DNA from: Macrostomum lignano
Taxonomy: Eukaryota
NCBI GenBank assembly: GCA_002269645.1
Contig: NIVC01000090.1
Span: 62,001-126,000 of the forward strand
DNA length: 64,000 nt
Direction of reading: 5' to 3'
Shown: in pieces, positions 11,227 through 32,157 of the stretch
Layout of the letters: every line of letters begins with the position of its first letter
Numbering within the stretch: the stretch's first letter is position 1
The notes under the pieces: generated by a model
Databases searched by the model: none
Told to the model about the DNA's origin: nothing
What the model saw: the letters and a program-made list of their open reading frames with translations, nothing else
Translations under genes and position numbers: made by a program

Positions 11227-14200
11227 TCACTCTGATCCCAGCGTGAAGCCAAGCGAACTGCCTTGCTGGCGTCTCTTCCAGGAAGCGCGGCTTTGATCGC
11301 TCTCTTCAGAGAAACCGGAGGCTGCAAAAGACATTTGCTGGTCATGCCGTCTCCAGTTTGTTAAATCGCGCCGCGTCTCTTGATGCTCCTCCAGACCGAA
11401 GATGTCGCTGCCTGACTCGCTACTCGACTGGTCTTGCCGATTTCCTTGACAACTGAGCGAAGGATCGACCGAGTGATTGAGCTCGGCAGTAGAAACTGCC
11501 TGCAGAGGTCCCGATCCGCTGCCAGCCTTCATCAGCAGGTGACAGGTCCGGCAGATTCTGCGCGGTTTATTGCCTTGAGCCGGCAGGACTGTGCGTTGGT
11601 TTGAGCAGCTGGCGCATATCAGGTTGCCGCATCTGCGACAGTGATGCTGGATAGGATTGGTTTCGTTTGATAGCATTGATTGCAACGGTTATCACTGTTG
11701 CTATGCGATCGAAGGTCATCCCATAAGTACTCCGTTTTGATTTGTAACTATCATGCAGGTACGATCACCTTGAGCAGCATTGCATAATTTGAAAGGAACT
11801 TATACCCTGGCGCACTTTAAGCGACATTGTCACACAACCGGCGAGAGGCATTACTGCCCATTCCGCCGACTCCCCTGAGCAGGCACACAAACGCGCGGAT
11901 ACGTACGCAGTCATATGCACAGGCACACACACAGGAGTGTACAGCGGCCCTAACTTTATTTATCGTTAGGCATGTACACTCCACTGTGCCTTGGGGGGGT
12001 TGGCTCTCAAGGGCGTTAATTGCACGAGCAGAGCCAAGCCGAGATTCCAATTTAGCCCCAAATTACTGTCGACTGGACTTGGAATCGAGCCTGGTCCGCT
12101 GGAAGCTGGAACATTTCCACTAGGCTACGGCCCCCTGGATACGATGCTATACTCAGCAACATTGAAAAGTCGCCACTCTATGCGCCAGTGAGCAATTTCT
12201 CCTGGACTATTCTGAAATAAAAGATACGAGAAAACGGAAGGGTAGCTTTAATCCGTCCAAGCCTTGAACACCGCTCCCCCACTTCATTCCTTTACATAAG
12301 TCAGCCGCGGCGTAGCTGAGTTGCGTCACTCGCAAAGATTGAGAGACTTCACCTGCACTCAAAAGTGGCGACCACAGACGGAATCTTCTGTGATGGCAAC
12401 TGTTCGATGTTGCTGAGTATAAGTCCAGTTGCTGCTTCCAGTCACTGCGCATCGCCTTTTATTTGTTCACGTCTCTTGATTGATCACTCTGTTCCAAGTT
12501 TAAATGAATATTTATTCGCATTCACTATTCACCGTTTGTTCGAGGTCTATCACCTGGTCTAGAGTTACAAACAAATGCAGAAGACTTTTGGGATAACCAT
12601 CTTACATGTAGTACGAGTCAGTAGGTGGTCATGTTTCAGATGAATGTACATGCAATTTTCCTAGATGCGTAAAGCTGAGCATGTTTAATGATACTGGACA
12701 TGTGGGTTGTAATGTCGAGGAATAGGTAAAGGTGTCAGATGCTTGTATAAGGTAGTGTTCGAGAGATGATGCTGTTGAATGTATGTAACCCAACGTGGAT
12801 GTCAGATGGGTCTTAGTTGATGATGTCAGATAGGTCTTAGTTGATTATGTCAGATAGGTCTTAGTTGATGTCAGATAGGTCTTGGTTGATGATTTCAGAT
12901 ACATGTAGGTCTTAGTTGATGTCCGATGGGTCTTAGGTAATGATGTCAGATGATGATGTCAGTTAGGTCTTACATGTAGTTGATGATCTCAGATAGGTCT
13001 TAGTTGATTATGTCAGTTGGGTCTTAGTTGATGATGTCAGATAGGTCTTAGGTAATGGTGTCAAATAGTTGATTATGTCAGATACGTCTTGTTGATCGTG
13101 TCAGATTATTTGTCATAAGATTTAAAGTAGTTCTGTCAAATGAGAGCTATTTTAAGCACACAAAAGTTCACGAACTGTTTAACTGTAAAAATATTTAAAT
13201 CGTCATTGTAAGTAACCAGCTACAGCTAAACTACTTCTGCTTCGTGAAAAGCATTAAAATAGATAGTTTGGTAATGAAATTTGCTAAAATAGGCAATATT
13301 TTACATGTAGCTATGCCTGTAGACTGAAGTGTACGCGTGATTTCAATCTAGACCCCCCACCTGCTTTTTCCCGAGGTCTTACACACAGAGGTCTAATTAT
13401 CAACCTTCATTGCTGACTTCACATGGGCTGTGCAAGTTTAAAGCGCAAGGATGCAACAGAACCTACAGAAGTAATTATATATTGATGCTAGATTAGTATC
13501 TGTTTAGTTTTAAAAGCATCACCACCAGAGTGTACTAGCAAACGTGTTCCATACAGAATAGTTCTCGCATAGCTGCATAACTTCGCAGCGAAGTTTTCTT
13601 TCGAAATCAGAAATACTGTTGTTGTGAATTAACATAACTGCAGATTTAACTTTTTAAGAAAACTTTAAAAGACTATCGACTATTTAGGTAAAAAATTCTA
13701 ATAGGAAAGCTGATAATAATTGTTGTTAAAACATAGGAAAGATGCAATTAAAAACAGCCAACCAAGATGCCACTAGATGGACCATCAATATGACACTAGA
13801 TGGACAACCAAGATGCCACTAGATGGACCATCAAAATGCCACTAGTTAGACCATCAAGATGCCACTAGATGGACCATCAATATGACACTAGATGGACAAC
13901 CAAGATGCCACTAGATAAACAACTAAGGTTCCACTAGATGGAACATCAATATGCCACTAGATGGACGATCAATGTGCCACTAGATGGACAACCAAGATGC
14001 CACTAGATGGACCATCAATATGCCACTAGATGGAACATCAATATGCCACTAGATGGAACATCAATATGCCACTAGATGGACAATCAAGATGCCACTAGAT
14101 GAACCAACAACATGCTTCTACTTAAATTGACAATCCAGAGGCTGACCATGTCATGTTGCAACCAAGCTGCAATCAGCGGAAGCAGCAAAAATTCTATAAC

Positions 14201-17200
14201 AATCGACTCACCCGTCGATTAACCAATGAGAATTTCTGCTGGCAGCTCATACACGCAGCGTGCAGTCCGTCTGGCACCCACATGGGTATCAAATCGTGCT
14301 CCAGAGTGCCTCGAGGAAGCTGGGTCGAGTTCGCAACTGGCAGCACGGTGCCGCCGCTGCACCTGGCAACGCAGCGCTTGATGCTGTCAATCCATTTTGC
14401 CGCCTCTTGTTCGGTGTTGGTTCGAACGGTGAAGGATTTTTTCTTTGAAATGATCTGCAGGTAGATTTGGCTTGTCAAGGTGACTTGTTTAGGATTATAA
14501 AGCGATTAGAATTGTTGCTCAGCTCATCGAGTTAGTGTTTATACTTCAGCCTCATGAACCAGCCTCATCAATCAGCCACCTCATCAACCAACTTTATCAA
14601 ACCAGACTCATCCATCAATCAACTTCATTTATCAGCCTCATTCATCAATAAGCCTCATTGATCAGCCTTAGCAACTAGCATCATCAATCATTCTCACATA
14701 CAAGCCTCATCCGTCAATCAGCCTCATCAATCAATCATCCTCATCAATCAATCAGCCTCATTAAAGAGACTCATCAATCATCCTCATCAATCAATCAATC
14801 TTTCTCATCAATCAACAGTCTCAACAATCAACAGTCTCATCAATCAACATTCTCATCAATCATCCTCATCAATCAATCAATCTTTCTCATCAATCAACAG
14901 TCTCATCAATCAACAGTCTCATCAATCAACAGTCTCATCAATCAACAGTCTCATCAATCAACAGTCTCTTATCAATCAACAGTCTTATCAATCAATCAGC
15001 CTCATCAATCAACAGTCTCATCAATCAACAGTCTCATCAATCAATAGTCTCTTATCAATCAACAGTCTTATCAATCAATCAGCCTCATCAATCAATCAGC
15101 CTCATCAATCAATCAGTCTCATCAATCAATCAGTCTCATCAATCAATCAGCCTCATCAATCAATCAGTCTCATCAATCAATCAGCCTCATCAATCAACAG
15201 TCTCATCAAATCAACAGTCTCATCAATCAATCAGCTTCATCAATCAATCAGTCTCATCAATCAACATTCTCATCAATCAATCAGCCTCATCAATCAATCA
15301 GTCTCATTAATCAACTTTCTCATCAATCAATCAGCCCCATCAATCAATCAGTCTCATCAATGAATCAGTCTCATCAATCAACATTCTCATCAATCAATCA
15401 GCTCCATCAATCAATCAGTCTCGTCAATCAATCAGTCTCATCAATCAACATTCTCATCAATCAATCAGCTCCATCAATCAATCAGTCTCATCAATCAATC
15501 AGTCTCATCAATCAACATTCTCATCAATCAATCAGCGCCATCAATCAATCAGCCCCATCAATCAATCAGTCTCATCAATCAATCAGCCTCATCAAACAAT
15601 CAGCCTCATCAATCAATCAGCCCCATCAATCAATCAGTCTCATCAATCAATCAGCCTCATCAAACAATCAGCCTCATCAATCAATCAGTCTCATCAATCA
15701 ATCAGCCTCATCAATCAATCAGTCTCATTAATCAACTTTCTCATCAATCAATCAGCCCCATCAATCAATCAGTCTCATCCATCAATCAGTCTCATCAATC
15801 AACATTCTCATCAATCAATCAGCCCCATCAATCAATCAGTCTCATCAATCAATCAGCCTCATCAAACAATCAGCCTCATCAATCAATCAGTCTCATCAAT
15901 CAATCAGCCTCATCAATCAACAGTCTCATCAAATCAACAGTCTTATCAATCAATCAGCATCATCAATCAATCAGTCTCATCAATCAACATTCTCATCAAT
16001 CAATCAGCCTCATCAATCAATCAGTCTCATTAATCAACTTTCTCATCAATCAATCAGCCCCATCAATCAATCAGCCCCATCAATCAATCAGTCTCATCAA
16101 TCAATCAGTCTCATCAATCAACATTCTCATCAATCAATCAGCTCCATCAATCAATCAGTCTCATCAATCAACATTCTCATCAATCAATCAGCTCCATCAA
16201 TCAATCAGTCTCATCAATCAACATTCTCATCAATCAATCAGCTCCATCAATCAATCAGTCTCATCAATCAATCAGTCTCATCAATCAACATTCTCATCAA
16301 TCAATCAGCTCCATCAATCAATCAGTCTCATCAATCAACATTCTCATCAATCAATCAGCGCCATCAATCAATCAGTCGCATCAATCAATCAGTCTCATCA
16401 ATCAATCAGCATCATCAATCAATCAGTCTCATCAATCAACATTCTCATCAATCAATCAGCCTCATCAATCAACAGTCTCATCAAATCAATCAGCCTCATC
16501 AATCAATCAGTCTCATCAATCAATCAGCCTCATCAATCAGCATCATCAACCAGCCTCATCAAACAGCCTCGTCAACCAGCCTCGTCAACCAGCCTCGTCA
16601 ACCAGCCTCGTCAACCAGCCTCATCAATTCAGCCTCGTCAACCAGCCTCGTCAACCAGCCTCATGAATTCAGCCTCGTCAACCAGCCTCGTCAACCAGCC
16701 TCATCAATCAGCCTCATCAACCAGCCTCATAAATCAGCCTCATCAATCAATCAATCAGCTTTAATGAGCCTAACCGTACTCGAACTCTCATGCTAAAATA
16801 GTGTAGCAGAGCCCCCTTCTACTTTAGCTGCCAATAACTGAATACCTCGAAGCAATTGGGATCTGATTCGAGCTTGTTGGCTGCCAGGCACTTCAGCTCC
16901 AGAACCCGCTGCTTGCTAAGCCTCTTAGCGCCGTCACCTTTCCCAGGACTGCCATAAACCAGCAAGTCGTTGAATAGAAAAAAATGCCGCCGTTTCGGCC
17001 GGTTGCCGCGCATTTTGACGAGCACACCTTCGGCTAGTAGGACCCGGCCACGCCGGTGCAGGGGTATGCTGTTTCTGCAGCCGCTGCTGAACCGCATTTC
17101 GATCTGACGGATTCTCTGCACGTTGATTTCGCTGAGTGCTGAAAGTGATAAGGAGTGTCTAGCTCAGCTTTTTAGGAGGCTGCCGATTAATGTTAAATTT

Positions 17201-17261
17201 GATGCAATTGATTGCAAATTAAATAATACCTACACAGAGCTTCAAATTCTGGCGCTGTCAT
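11227..17261 (-). CDS. PLEKHF2: PH-FYVE protein, Phafin/PLEKHF family (~327 aa); exons 17261-17234, 17138-16846, 14454-14212, 11646-11227
   Basis: PH (GRVLLAEGVLVK..PKRRHFFLFNDLLVYG) and FYVE (WVPD..C..C..KFSLVNRR-HHCRRCG..IC..CS) join in frame across GT-AG introns; exon 1 (MTAPEFEAL) is less certain. Confidence 0.9.
11804..12135 (-). mobile_element. tRNA-derived SINE, family A
   Basis: Minus-strand head GGGGCCGTAGCCTAGTGG...GGCTCGATTCC (A/B-box-like); body shared with 26925-27290 and 57984-58483. Confidence 0.8.
12795..13100. repeat. Degenerate ~24-bp minisatellite (GATGTCAGATAGGTCTTAGTTGAT)
   Basis: Tandem units in PLEKHF intron 3. Confidence 0.85.
13765..14100. repeat. 23-bp minisatellite (GATGCCACTAGATGGACCATCAA)
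   Basis: About 14 tandem units. Confidence 0.9.
14560..16755. repeat. (ATCA)n-derived ~17-bp satellite, 2.2 kb, filling PLEKHF intron 2
   Basis: Units such as ATCAATCAATCAGTCTC / ATCAATCAATCAGCCTC. Confidence 0.95.
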
Positions 17262-17464
17262 TCTTTTCTATTCGTCAGTTTAGAAAACTTATCTCTCGCT
17301 TCGTCTGAAAGTTCAGTGCCAAGGTAAATAAACGATTTTAAATTTGCGCGCATTTTTCGTTCAATCCACATGATGTTTTACACAGAATATTCCGGGTTTA
17401 TTGACTGCTTTAATTCTATTTCTTAAGGAAACAAAGTCTAAACTTACAAAATAAAAAAATTATG

Positions 17465-17812
17465 GGGTGCCATTTCACTTGATTGAGTGCCATTTCATTA
17501 GATGGAGTGCCATTTCATTAGATGGAGTGCCATCACTTATTGGAGTGCCATTTCATTCGATGGAGTGCCATTTCATGTCATGAAGTGCTTTTTTATCTGA
17601 TCGAGTGCCATTTCATTTGATGGAGTGCCATTTCATTTGATGGAGTGCCATTTCATTTGATTAAGAGTGATTTCATTTAATGTGGTGCCATTTAATCTGA
17701 TAGAGTGTCATTTCACTTGATGGAGTACCATTTCATTTGATTAAGTGTGATTCCATTTGATGGAGTGCCATTTCACCTGATGGAGTGCCATTTCATCTGA
17801 TGGAGTGCCATT
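17465..17812. repeat. 20-bp minisatellite (GATGGAGTGCCATTTCATTT)
   Basis: About 17 tandem units. Confidence 0.9.
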
Positions 17813-18919
17813 ACTTCAGCCGCTAATGCAAGGGAATGCCATATAACCCGTGCAGATTCCTGCATCATATGTGGCTCTGATTTTGGCCAGATAACTACTG
17901 TCTCAATAACATCGTCTGGTGTGGCCAAAATCGAGGCCTTGATAATTACGTGAGCAATTATTAATTTAATTTTCGCTCACGAAATTATTTTTAAACCCTA
18001 AATCCGGTTCAAATGCTGGGTTAGAATGGGAGCGACTATTTTTTGTGCCTTCTAATTTAATCGCAAGGCTTAAAGACAACGTGAACATGTGCAGTCGTAG
18101 GACTCTATACTGGGGTTTCTTAAAAAAGAGCTGGATCGCATTTGGAGCCAGTGCATTTAGAGCCACTTGGTTTGGCCATAGACATCGGCCGCTGGCAAAT
18201 ATTGTTGGGGCGAAATATACCAATATATACCAACACGCCTCGGCGTTGTAGTACGTTTCTGCCCTCTGCAGCCCATCCATATTAGTGTTATCGTTTCACG
18301 GGCCGCTGACACTGTCTATAGAAAAATCCTATTTACTCCAATGTATTCAGTCGGTGTCACGGCCCGCTGAAAATTTCTATGGCAAAGTAGAAAGAAAGCG
18401 GGGTCAAGGGGGCGCTGAGCCCTCTATTTCAATATGAGCCCTCATTTGCTCACCAGCACTCTAGACAAAGAGAGAAAGAATGAAATCTAAAAAATTTCTA
18501 TGGCCAAAACTCCTTATTTTTGCGAATTGAAAAAATAGTAGGTGATACTAAGCATTATTAAGCAGCACTAAGCTTTACTTTTAAAATATACTAAGTTGTA
18601 GAAACTTTAACTAGATACTTGCATGCATACGAGTTTTTTTACTTATTGAAGTCGGCCATAGATTATTGTCTCATAGATCAAGCCTACTGGCAACGCTTCT
18701 GACTGTCGCACGCTAGAGCAGATATTTAATTTTGACCATAGACTGGTCTAATATTTATTGGCTCGTATTACGCGTTCAACGATTGCGTGCAGACAATTTT
18801 CGCAGGGTAAAAATATGAATATGAGAACAACAAGCAAAAAGCGAAACAAATACGACTCATGTTAGTACAACAAAAAGTGGTGAACACAGATGTTATTGCC
18901 CTGTCACGTATTCCTAATA

Positions 18920-19922
18920 CTAATTGATATTGATCGTGCAATTTGCGAACTGGCAGTTGGAGAACACTGCAGCATTGGTATTCTCACGAACAGTTGCTGT
19001 CTGGTGGCCGACAATGCTTTTGCTGCTAGTCGAGACGCAGGTACCACTGCTGTCGTCATTCACACCGCCTAGTTCTAACGTAGCCCCCACAGTAGTTGCC
19101 ATGTCTCGAATGGCGCTGTCACGTTTCCGGGAGAGATACCGCCGCACAGTAGACTCCGTTTGTTGGCCAGTAATGCTCATGATGTCAGACACAGAATAGC
19201 CTGAATCTTTCAGATCAGCAATGCGAGTGACGCGGATGCAGTGGTTTGTATATCCCTTGCTCAGGCCGCACACCTTGCTGATCCGCTGCATGTACGTACA
19301 TAGCCAGTTTATGCCTCGGACTTGCTTACTTGAGAAAGCAAATTGTAAAGCGGAACTGGCCATTGGTCGCGGGAACATAGTGTCATCTTTCGTTTCATAC
19401 GGAAGGACGGACATGTACAGACGTAGAAGGTCGCACTGCTTCCCGTGCAATCGAGCTTGTTTGGGATTGAAACGCTTGGCTCGCGTCGGCTCGGCGCTTT
19501 TGTTTTTTGTCGGTAGCATTGGCAACTCGTAATACGGCTTACCATCACTCACTGTCGGTCTTTTCAATAAGACTATCTCTACCGCGCAGCTGCTTCATAT
19601 GTTCTTGTCCTCTTTCACCCAATACATACATCAGTGTGAAGAGTACCTCATCCTGTAATCGTTCACTATTGGATTGATCAAAGTACGCAAATATTTTCTT
19701 GAGGTCAGTTTCCTCAATCGGTTCGAAGCGCTTCACACTTCCACCTGCAGCATGATATTCTCGAAATTTCATGTGCAGCATACGGTTAGTGCTGCCGAAT
19801 TCGGGTGCATCGATGATGATGATTTGTTGCTTAATGATGTAGGTAAAAAAGCGCTGGATGCCAGCCCTTATGCTAACCCGAAGCTCCCCGTGGCCATAGA
19901 CATTAATGACCTCTGAAACCAT
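18920..19922 (-). pseudogene. Crypton-type tyrosine recombinase (DUF3504/CryptonA-like), 5'-truncated and frameshifted
   Basis: Two overlapping ORFs give SIRAGIQRFF, EPIEETDL..I..YF, LQDEV.F....LGERGQEH, YTNHCIRVT, IMSITGQQTESTVRRY; a 4-bp duplication (AGTGAGTG near 19547) breaks the frame. Confidence 0.85.
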
Positions 19923-20541
19923 GCTATAGTATTACATTAATCTGGCCTGCCATAATTTGATTTAATCGTTACGTCATTCTTTCTGGCTTTTGTTTTACTG
20001 TTCCAAATATTTCTTCTTATGTACATGCATTGTTCTGTATTATATTTTCTCTCCATATAGACAGACTGCCTCTAGGCCCTCCATCTCTCGCCCTATTGGT
20101 TGGGCAGGGCAATTATAGTATGCGAGCTTTCAGCAGTGTCCAGCGCCGCCCCCCATCCCACATCTCCCAAAGTCACTTATTTCTATCTGCCTTATATTGT
20201 GCTGCAAATCTGGACCCATACAGTAATCGTGAATAGCAGAATTCTAAACCCACATATCTTCCTGAACCTGTGAGCGGCATCTGAAGGTAAGTGAGCGAAG
20301 TCTCCTCTCGATTCCCGAGCTAGAACCTTATCACCAAGTTCCAGAGCAAGAGCTAGTTATAAAAGCATTTTATAAATCATACTCGTAAGTCTTGAAGCTT
20401 TTTTCGCTTGCTGGTTTTAAATTCAGCTGACTCTCAACTCAAACTTTCACCGTTGGGGCTGTCGTACATTAATCAGATCACAGACTTGAGTGATCGATGT
20501 TCACTATGATGTATAGATTTAATAGTTTTGGTGCAGAAGAT

Positions 20542-21135
20542 TCGGTGCCATAGATTCTTAATATTCGGTGCCATAGATTATTAATATTCGGTGCCATAGA
20601 TTCTTAATATTCGGTGCCATAGATTCGTAATATTCGGTGCCATAGATTATTAATATTCGGTGCCATAGATTCGCAATATTCGGTGCCATAGATTCGCAAT
20701 ATTCGGTGCCATAGATTCTTAATATTCGGTGCCATAGATTATTAATATTTCGGTGCCATAGATTCGTAATATTCGGTGCCATAGATTATTGATATTTCGG
20801 TGCCATAGATTCGTAATATTCGGTGCCATAGATTCGTAATATTCGGTGCCATAGATTATTAATATTTCGGTGCCATAGATTCGTAATATTCGGTGCCATA
20901 GATTCGTAACATTCGGTGCCATAGATTCGTAATATTCGGTGCCATAGATTCGTAACATTCGGTGCCATAGATTCGTAATATTCGGTGCCATAGATTCGTA
21001 ACATTCGGTGCCATGGATTCGTAATATTCGGTGCCATAGATTCGTAACATTCGGTGCCATAGATTCGTAATATTCGGTGCCATAGATTCGTAACATTCGG
21101 TGCCATAGATTCGTAATATTCGGTGCCATAGATTC
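20542..21135. repeat. 23-bp minisatellite (CGGTGCCATAGATTCGTAATATT)
   Basis: About 25 tandem units. Confidence 0.95.
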
Positions 21136-22304
21136 CCAAGATTTGGTGTCATAATTTTACATTCGTATTGTTCGGCAGGTTCTTGATTTTCTCCTTGTAA
21201 TTGTACATTTTTTAACAGCAGCAGTAGCAATAGGCATAGGCTAGAACAATGTCCTTCATCCGTGCGTCACTCTGTACGCATGCCTCCACAAGCTCATCCC
21301 CTCCCTCTCCTATACCGAATGATTGCGGATCACATCCCGGCTGCAGTGATCCCAGCTGTTCGCCAGATCAAAGCAAATAAGATGCACTGGCCATTAGGCA
21401 TAATTGTTTAATTGAATGAGAGCTTCCTGAGATAGGAAGCGCCTGCCCATGTCAGTGCCGGCATCTAGTGACGCGCAGGCTAAGCTGCCGTCAATGCCAC
21501 AGAGTCGCTTATAGAGTCAGAATTAATACCTATAGCATTGAGCAAGCACTTAAGCTGCTGTCAGGGCAGCATTATATATTTACTGGCTTTACCTAACCAG
21601 TCAGTCAGTTCTATTATTTAGTGAAAATTAATTCCGGCGATGGAATCGAACAATTAGGCTGATGGAATCGAAAATTCCAGGGGATTGTTTAAAAACGCCT
21701 GCGAGCTGTCCCAGCACCAATCTTGACTAGACTGTTCATACGCTGGTAATATAAAAAATATCCAAAAATCCCCTTTGCGTTGCTCGATCGGCAGGTAATT
21801 TTTCTCCTCCTTCGATCTTCAGAATCTGTCTTCCCCCCGCGGCGTCGTCCTTTGATTTCGGACGAATTTGATTTTAGTAAAATTTTGCTTTAGCCAATTT
21901 CTAGAGTAGAGGCCTTTGAGTTTCGACTCAGTATAGGATTTTCTTTTCCCAAAGCCGCTTTTTTCGCAGTTTCCGCCTCATCTGCCCCCCCCATTCGCCT
22001 CAAGGCAGTTACGAAAAAGCAGCATTGCTAGGGCTGCACATGGCTCTTTCATATTTTCTGTCTGCTGTGTCATCCCGCGTCTTGAGCCATTTATCCCAGA
22101 CACGGGGCGGTAGGAAGTAAGGGGATACTCAAATAGGACTAGCTATATAAAGTGGAGCAAAAGCTATAAATGCCTCTGCCCGTCAAAGGCTGTCGCATAC
22201 ACTCTCTCCCAAGCTACACGGCTCAGCATCTAAACACTGTTGAATTGATTCAGCGAAAGAGCATTCCGACACAACAAACACTGACGAAACTTTTCACCCT
22301 GATA

Positions 22305-23430
22305 CCTGACTTCTGATCCGTCCTACCAGCTGACTTCTAATCCGTCCTACCAGCTGACTTCTGATCCGTCCTACCAGCTGACTTCTGATCCGTCCTACCA
22401 GCTGACTTCTGATCCGTCCTACCAGCTGACTTCTGATCCGTCCTACCAGCTGACTTCTTATCCATCCGACCAGCTGACTTCTGATCCATCCCACCAGCTG
22501 ACTTCTGATCCATCCTACCAGCTGACTTCTGATCCGTCCCACCAGCTGACTTCTGATCCGTCACACCAGCTGACTTCTGATCCGTCCCACCAGCTGACTT
22601 CTGATCCGTCACACCAGCTGACTTCTGATCCATCCTACCAGCTGACTTCTGATCCGTCACACCAGCTGACTTCTTACCCATCCTACCAGCTGACTTCTGA
22701 TCCGTCACACCAGCTGACTTCTGATCCATCCTACCAGCTGACTTCTGATCCATCCTACCAGCTGACTTCTTATCCATCCGACCAGCTGACTTCTGATCCA
22801 TCCGACCAGCTGACTTCTGATCCATCCTACCAGCTGACTTCTTATCCATCCTACCAGCTGACTTCTGATCCATCCTACCAGCTGACTTCTGATCCATCCT
22901 ACCAGCTGACTTCTTATCCATCCTACCAGCTGACTTCTGATCCGTCCTACCAGCTGACTTCTTATCCATCCTACCAGCTGACTTCTGATCCATCCTACCA
23001 GCTGACTTCTTATCCATCCTACCAGCTGACTTCTGATCCGTCACACCAGCTGACTTCTGATCCATCCTACCAGCTGACTTCTTATCCATCCGACCAGCTG
23101 ACTTCTGATCCGTCCTACCAGCTGACTTCTGATCCGTCCCACCAGCTGACTTCTGATCCGTCCTACCAGCTGACTTCTGATCCATCCTACCAGCTGACTT
23201 CTTATCCATCCGACCAGCTAACTTCTGATCCGTCCTACCAGCTGACTTCTGATCCGTCCCACCAGCTGACTTCTGATCCGTCCCACCAGCTGACTTCTGA
23301 TCCGTCACACCAGCTGACTTCTGATCCGTCACACCAGCTGACTTCTGATCCGTCACACCAGCTGACTTCTGATCCGTCACACCAGCTGACTTCTGATCCG
23401 TCACACCAGCTGACCTCTGATACATCCCAC
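22305..23430. repeat. 24-bp minisatellite (CCAGCTGACTTCTGATCCGTCCTA)
   Basis: About 47 highly similar units, ending ~50 bp before the predicted SYT15-like ATG. Confidence 0.95.
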
Positions 23431-23482
23431 CAACTGACACCACTGCCGCCACATTTACTATATAATTAATATTAACTATTAA

Positions 23483-30271
<6,789 letters not shown>

Positions 30272-30489
30272 ATTTTAATCGCGAACACAATGATTAATGC
30301 TGTTCGTAAAAAATGCTATTTTGTTTGTCTTATTTTGCTGTGAAATTTTGTGTATTCTTATAATGAAAAGTAGCACCGTATATTTTTGGTGCACTAACTG
30401 AAGTATTCAAGAAAAATGTAAAATCAAAAATGTATTTAAGGTATTGATAATTGTAAAATTTGGGGCTGCATCTCATATAGTGTGAGATC

Positions 30490-30630
30490 TCAAAGTGAGA
30501 CATCTCATCCAGTGAGACATCTCATCTAGTGAGACATCTCATCCAGTGAGACATCTCATCTAGTGAGACATCTCATCTAGTGAGATATTCAGTGAGACAT
30601 CTAAAGAGAGATCTCATACAGTGAGATGTC
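30490..30630. repeat. 17-bp minisatellite (GTGAGACATCTCATCTA)
   Basis: About 7 units. Confidence 0.85.
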
Positions 30631-31382
30631 TCTTTGAACTTCATAAATTATGTAGAATAAGATTATCTATTTTTATTTTTATTTTACATTCCCAATAAAA
30701 ATAGATTATTTCATATACCGGTAATACAATTATGGCAATACAAGATGAGCAAATTATGCCCTTAGTTACAATTAATTAGTTAATCCACGCGTTCTTTGTA
30801 AAACTTATCAGTTTAAGTCGAAATTACTAGTAGTCAGCCACTAAGATGGTTCAACTGTTGTCTATTGAATTATATATTGAATGGTATTTTTGTTGAATTA
30901 TTGAGAACCCGTTTTAAAATATATTGTTCATTCAAAATCGTGAACTCGTGCTAACTAATGGTAATAAAAAATTCAAAATTAATCAGGAGCTTCAGCTAGC
31001 TGTAGCTAAAGTATAATAAATTATTTATTTCTGGCTGTTATTGAATCCATCAGGTAAGCACAATATTCATCGCATGCAATTGTCTACAAAAGTGCCTAGA
31101 ATTGGATTTTAAAAAATTCTAATTAAATTTCTGACAAGAAGACTGCAGAGCAGTGTTTTTCTCACTGTTGATTGGTCCCCGAAATGGGGCATATCAAGCC
31201 TCTGAGTATAGTACCCCATTTTGGAGGAGTATAAATTCCCTTACGGAATTCCCAATACTTGATTTCTTTTAAAAATAATGATTTTTGCCTTAAAATGAAT
31301 CAAAATGAATGCAAGTTTAAATTCATCTGCTAATGCTTCGAAGCATTTGACTGCATAGCAAGGCCGCATGGTTTTGAGAAGG

Positions 31383-31552
31383 CATGAGTGCCAAAATGAG
31401 TGCCTGCGGCGCCAAAATGAGTGCCTGCGGCGCCAAAATGAGTGCCTGCGGCGCCAAAATGAGTGCCTGCAGCGCCAGAATGAGTGCCTGCGGCGCTAAA
31501 ATGAGTGCCTATGGCGCCAAAATGAGTGCCTGCGGCGCCATAATGAGCGCTG
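31383..31552. repeat. 21-bp minisatellite (GCGCCAAAATGAGTGCCTGCG)
   Basis: About 8 units. Confidence 0.9.
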
Positions 31553-32157
31553 ACAACACCGATTCTAAAAATAATGTACTTGTAGGAACTAGTCATGTAC
31601 TTGTACACGTAGAATTGTCGGCTTCGTCCCCCCCACCATAAAATCCATTGCGACGCCCCTGCATTCAATCAATTGCTAATTTTAGAAAAATAGCAAAATA
31701 CGTACAGTAGTACCCCAAATTAGTTGACGCCAATGAGGTACTAATTGGGGTAAAAAAAAACCCTGCTGCAGACTCAAGTGTTCCAAAGGAAACAGAATAC
31801 TCTAGAAAGCAAATCGAGTTGGCTAAGAAACCTTGGTTCTAAATTTAGGTTTAGTTTCCATAATTGGATGGCTGCTAAAAGCGATTTCTTTATCTTGCCT
31901 TCCGACAAAAATTCCGACTGTCTATAGAGGAGGCAAGATGTGCAGGTGTGCGCTACAGAGGTAAGCGGCGGGTGTTTAAAGAGCTTAAAACTGAAGCACT
32001 GTTGGGGACAGACACAAGAGGGGAAGACAATTTCTGCCACACCCTGTCGCTCCTTTCTCTCTGCAGTCTAACTCGAGCTCTCCCTCCTCCCATTCCTATT
32101 TCTCCAGCATCCGCCCCTCATCAGTACCCGCGCTTGTCTAGCAGTTTCCGAGCGCAG

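Noticed and set aside
17139-17310. Spliced-leader-donated ATG for PLEKHF exon 2
   Set aside because: An SL ATG joined at 17138 would be out of frame; a genomic exon 1 explains the start.
17966-18280. ORFs of 104 and 68 aa upstream of PLEKHF
   Set aside because: No recognisable domain or consistent splice structure.
15360-21230. Repeat ORFs at 15360 (SINQ) and 20558-21230 (YGTEYYESMAPN)
   Set aside because: Satellite translations with no protein signature.
21220-21410. Exon-like open stretch (SSSSNRHRLEQCP...)
   Set aside because: The nearest upstream donor-bearing segment (20233-20286) has stops in all frames; no homology support.
20542-23430. CRISPR-like regular repeats
   Set aside because: Head-to-tail units without unique spacers, no cas genes, eukaryotic context.
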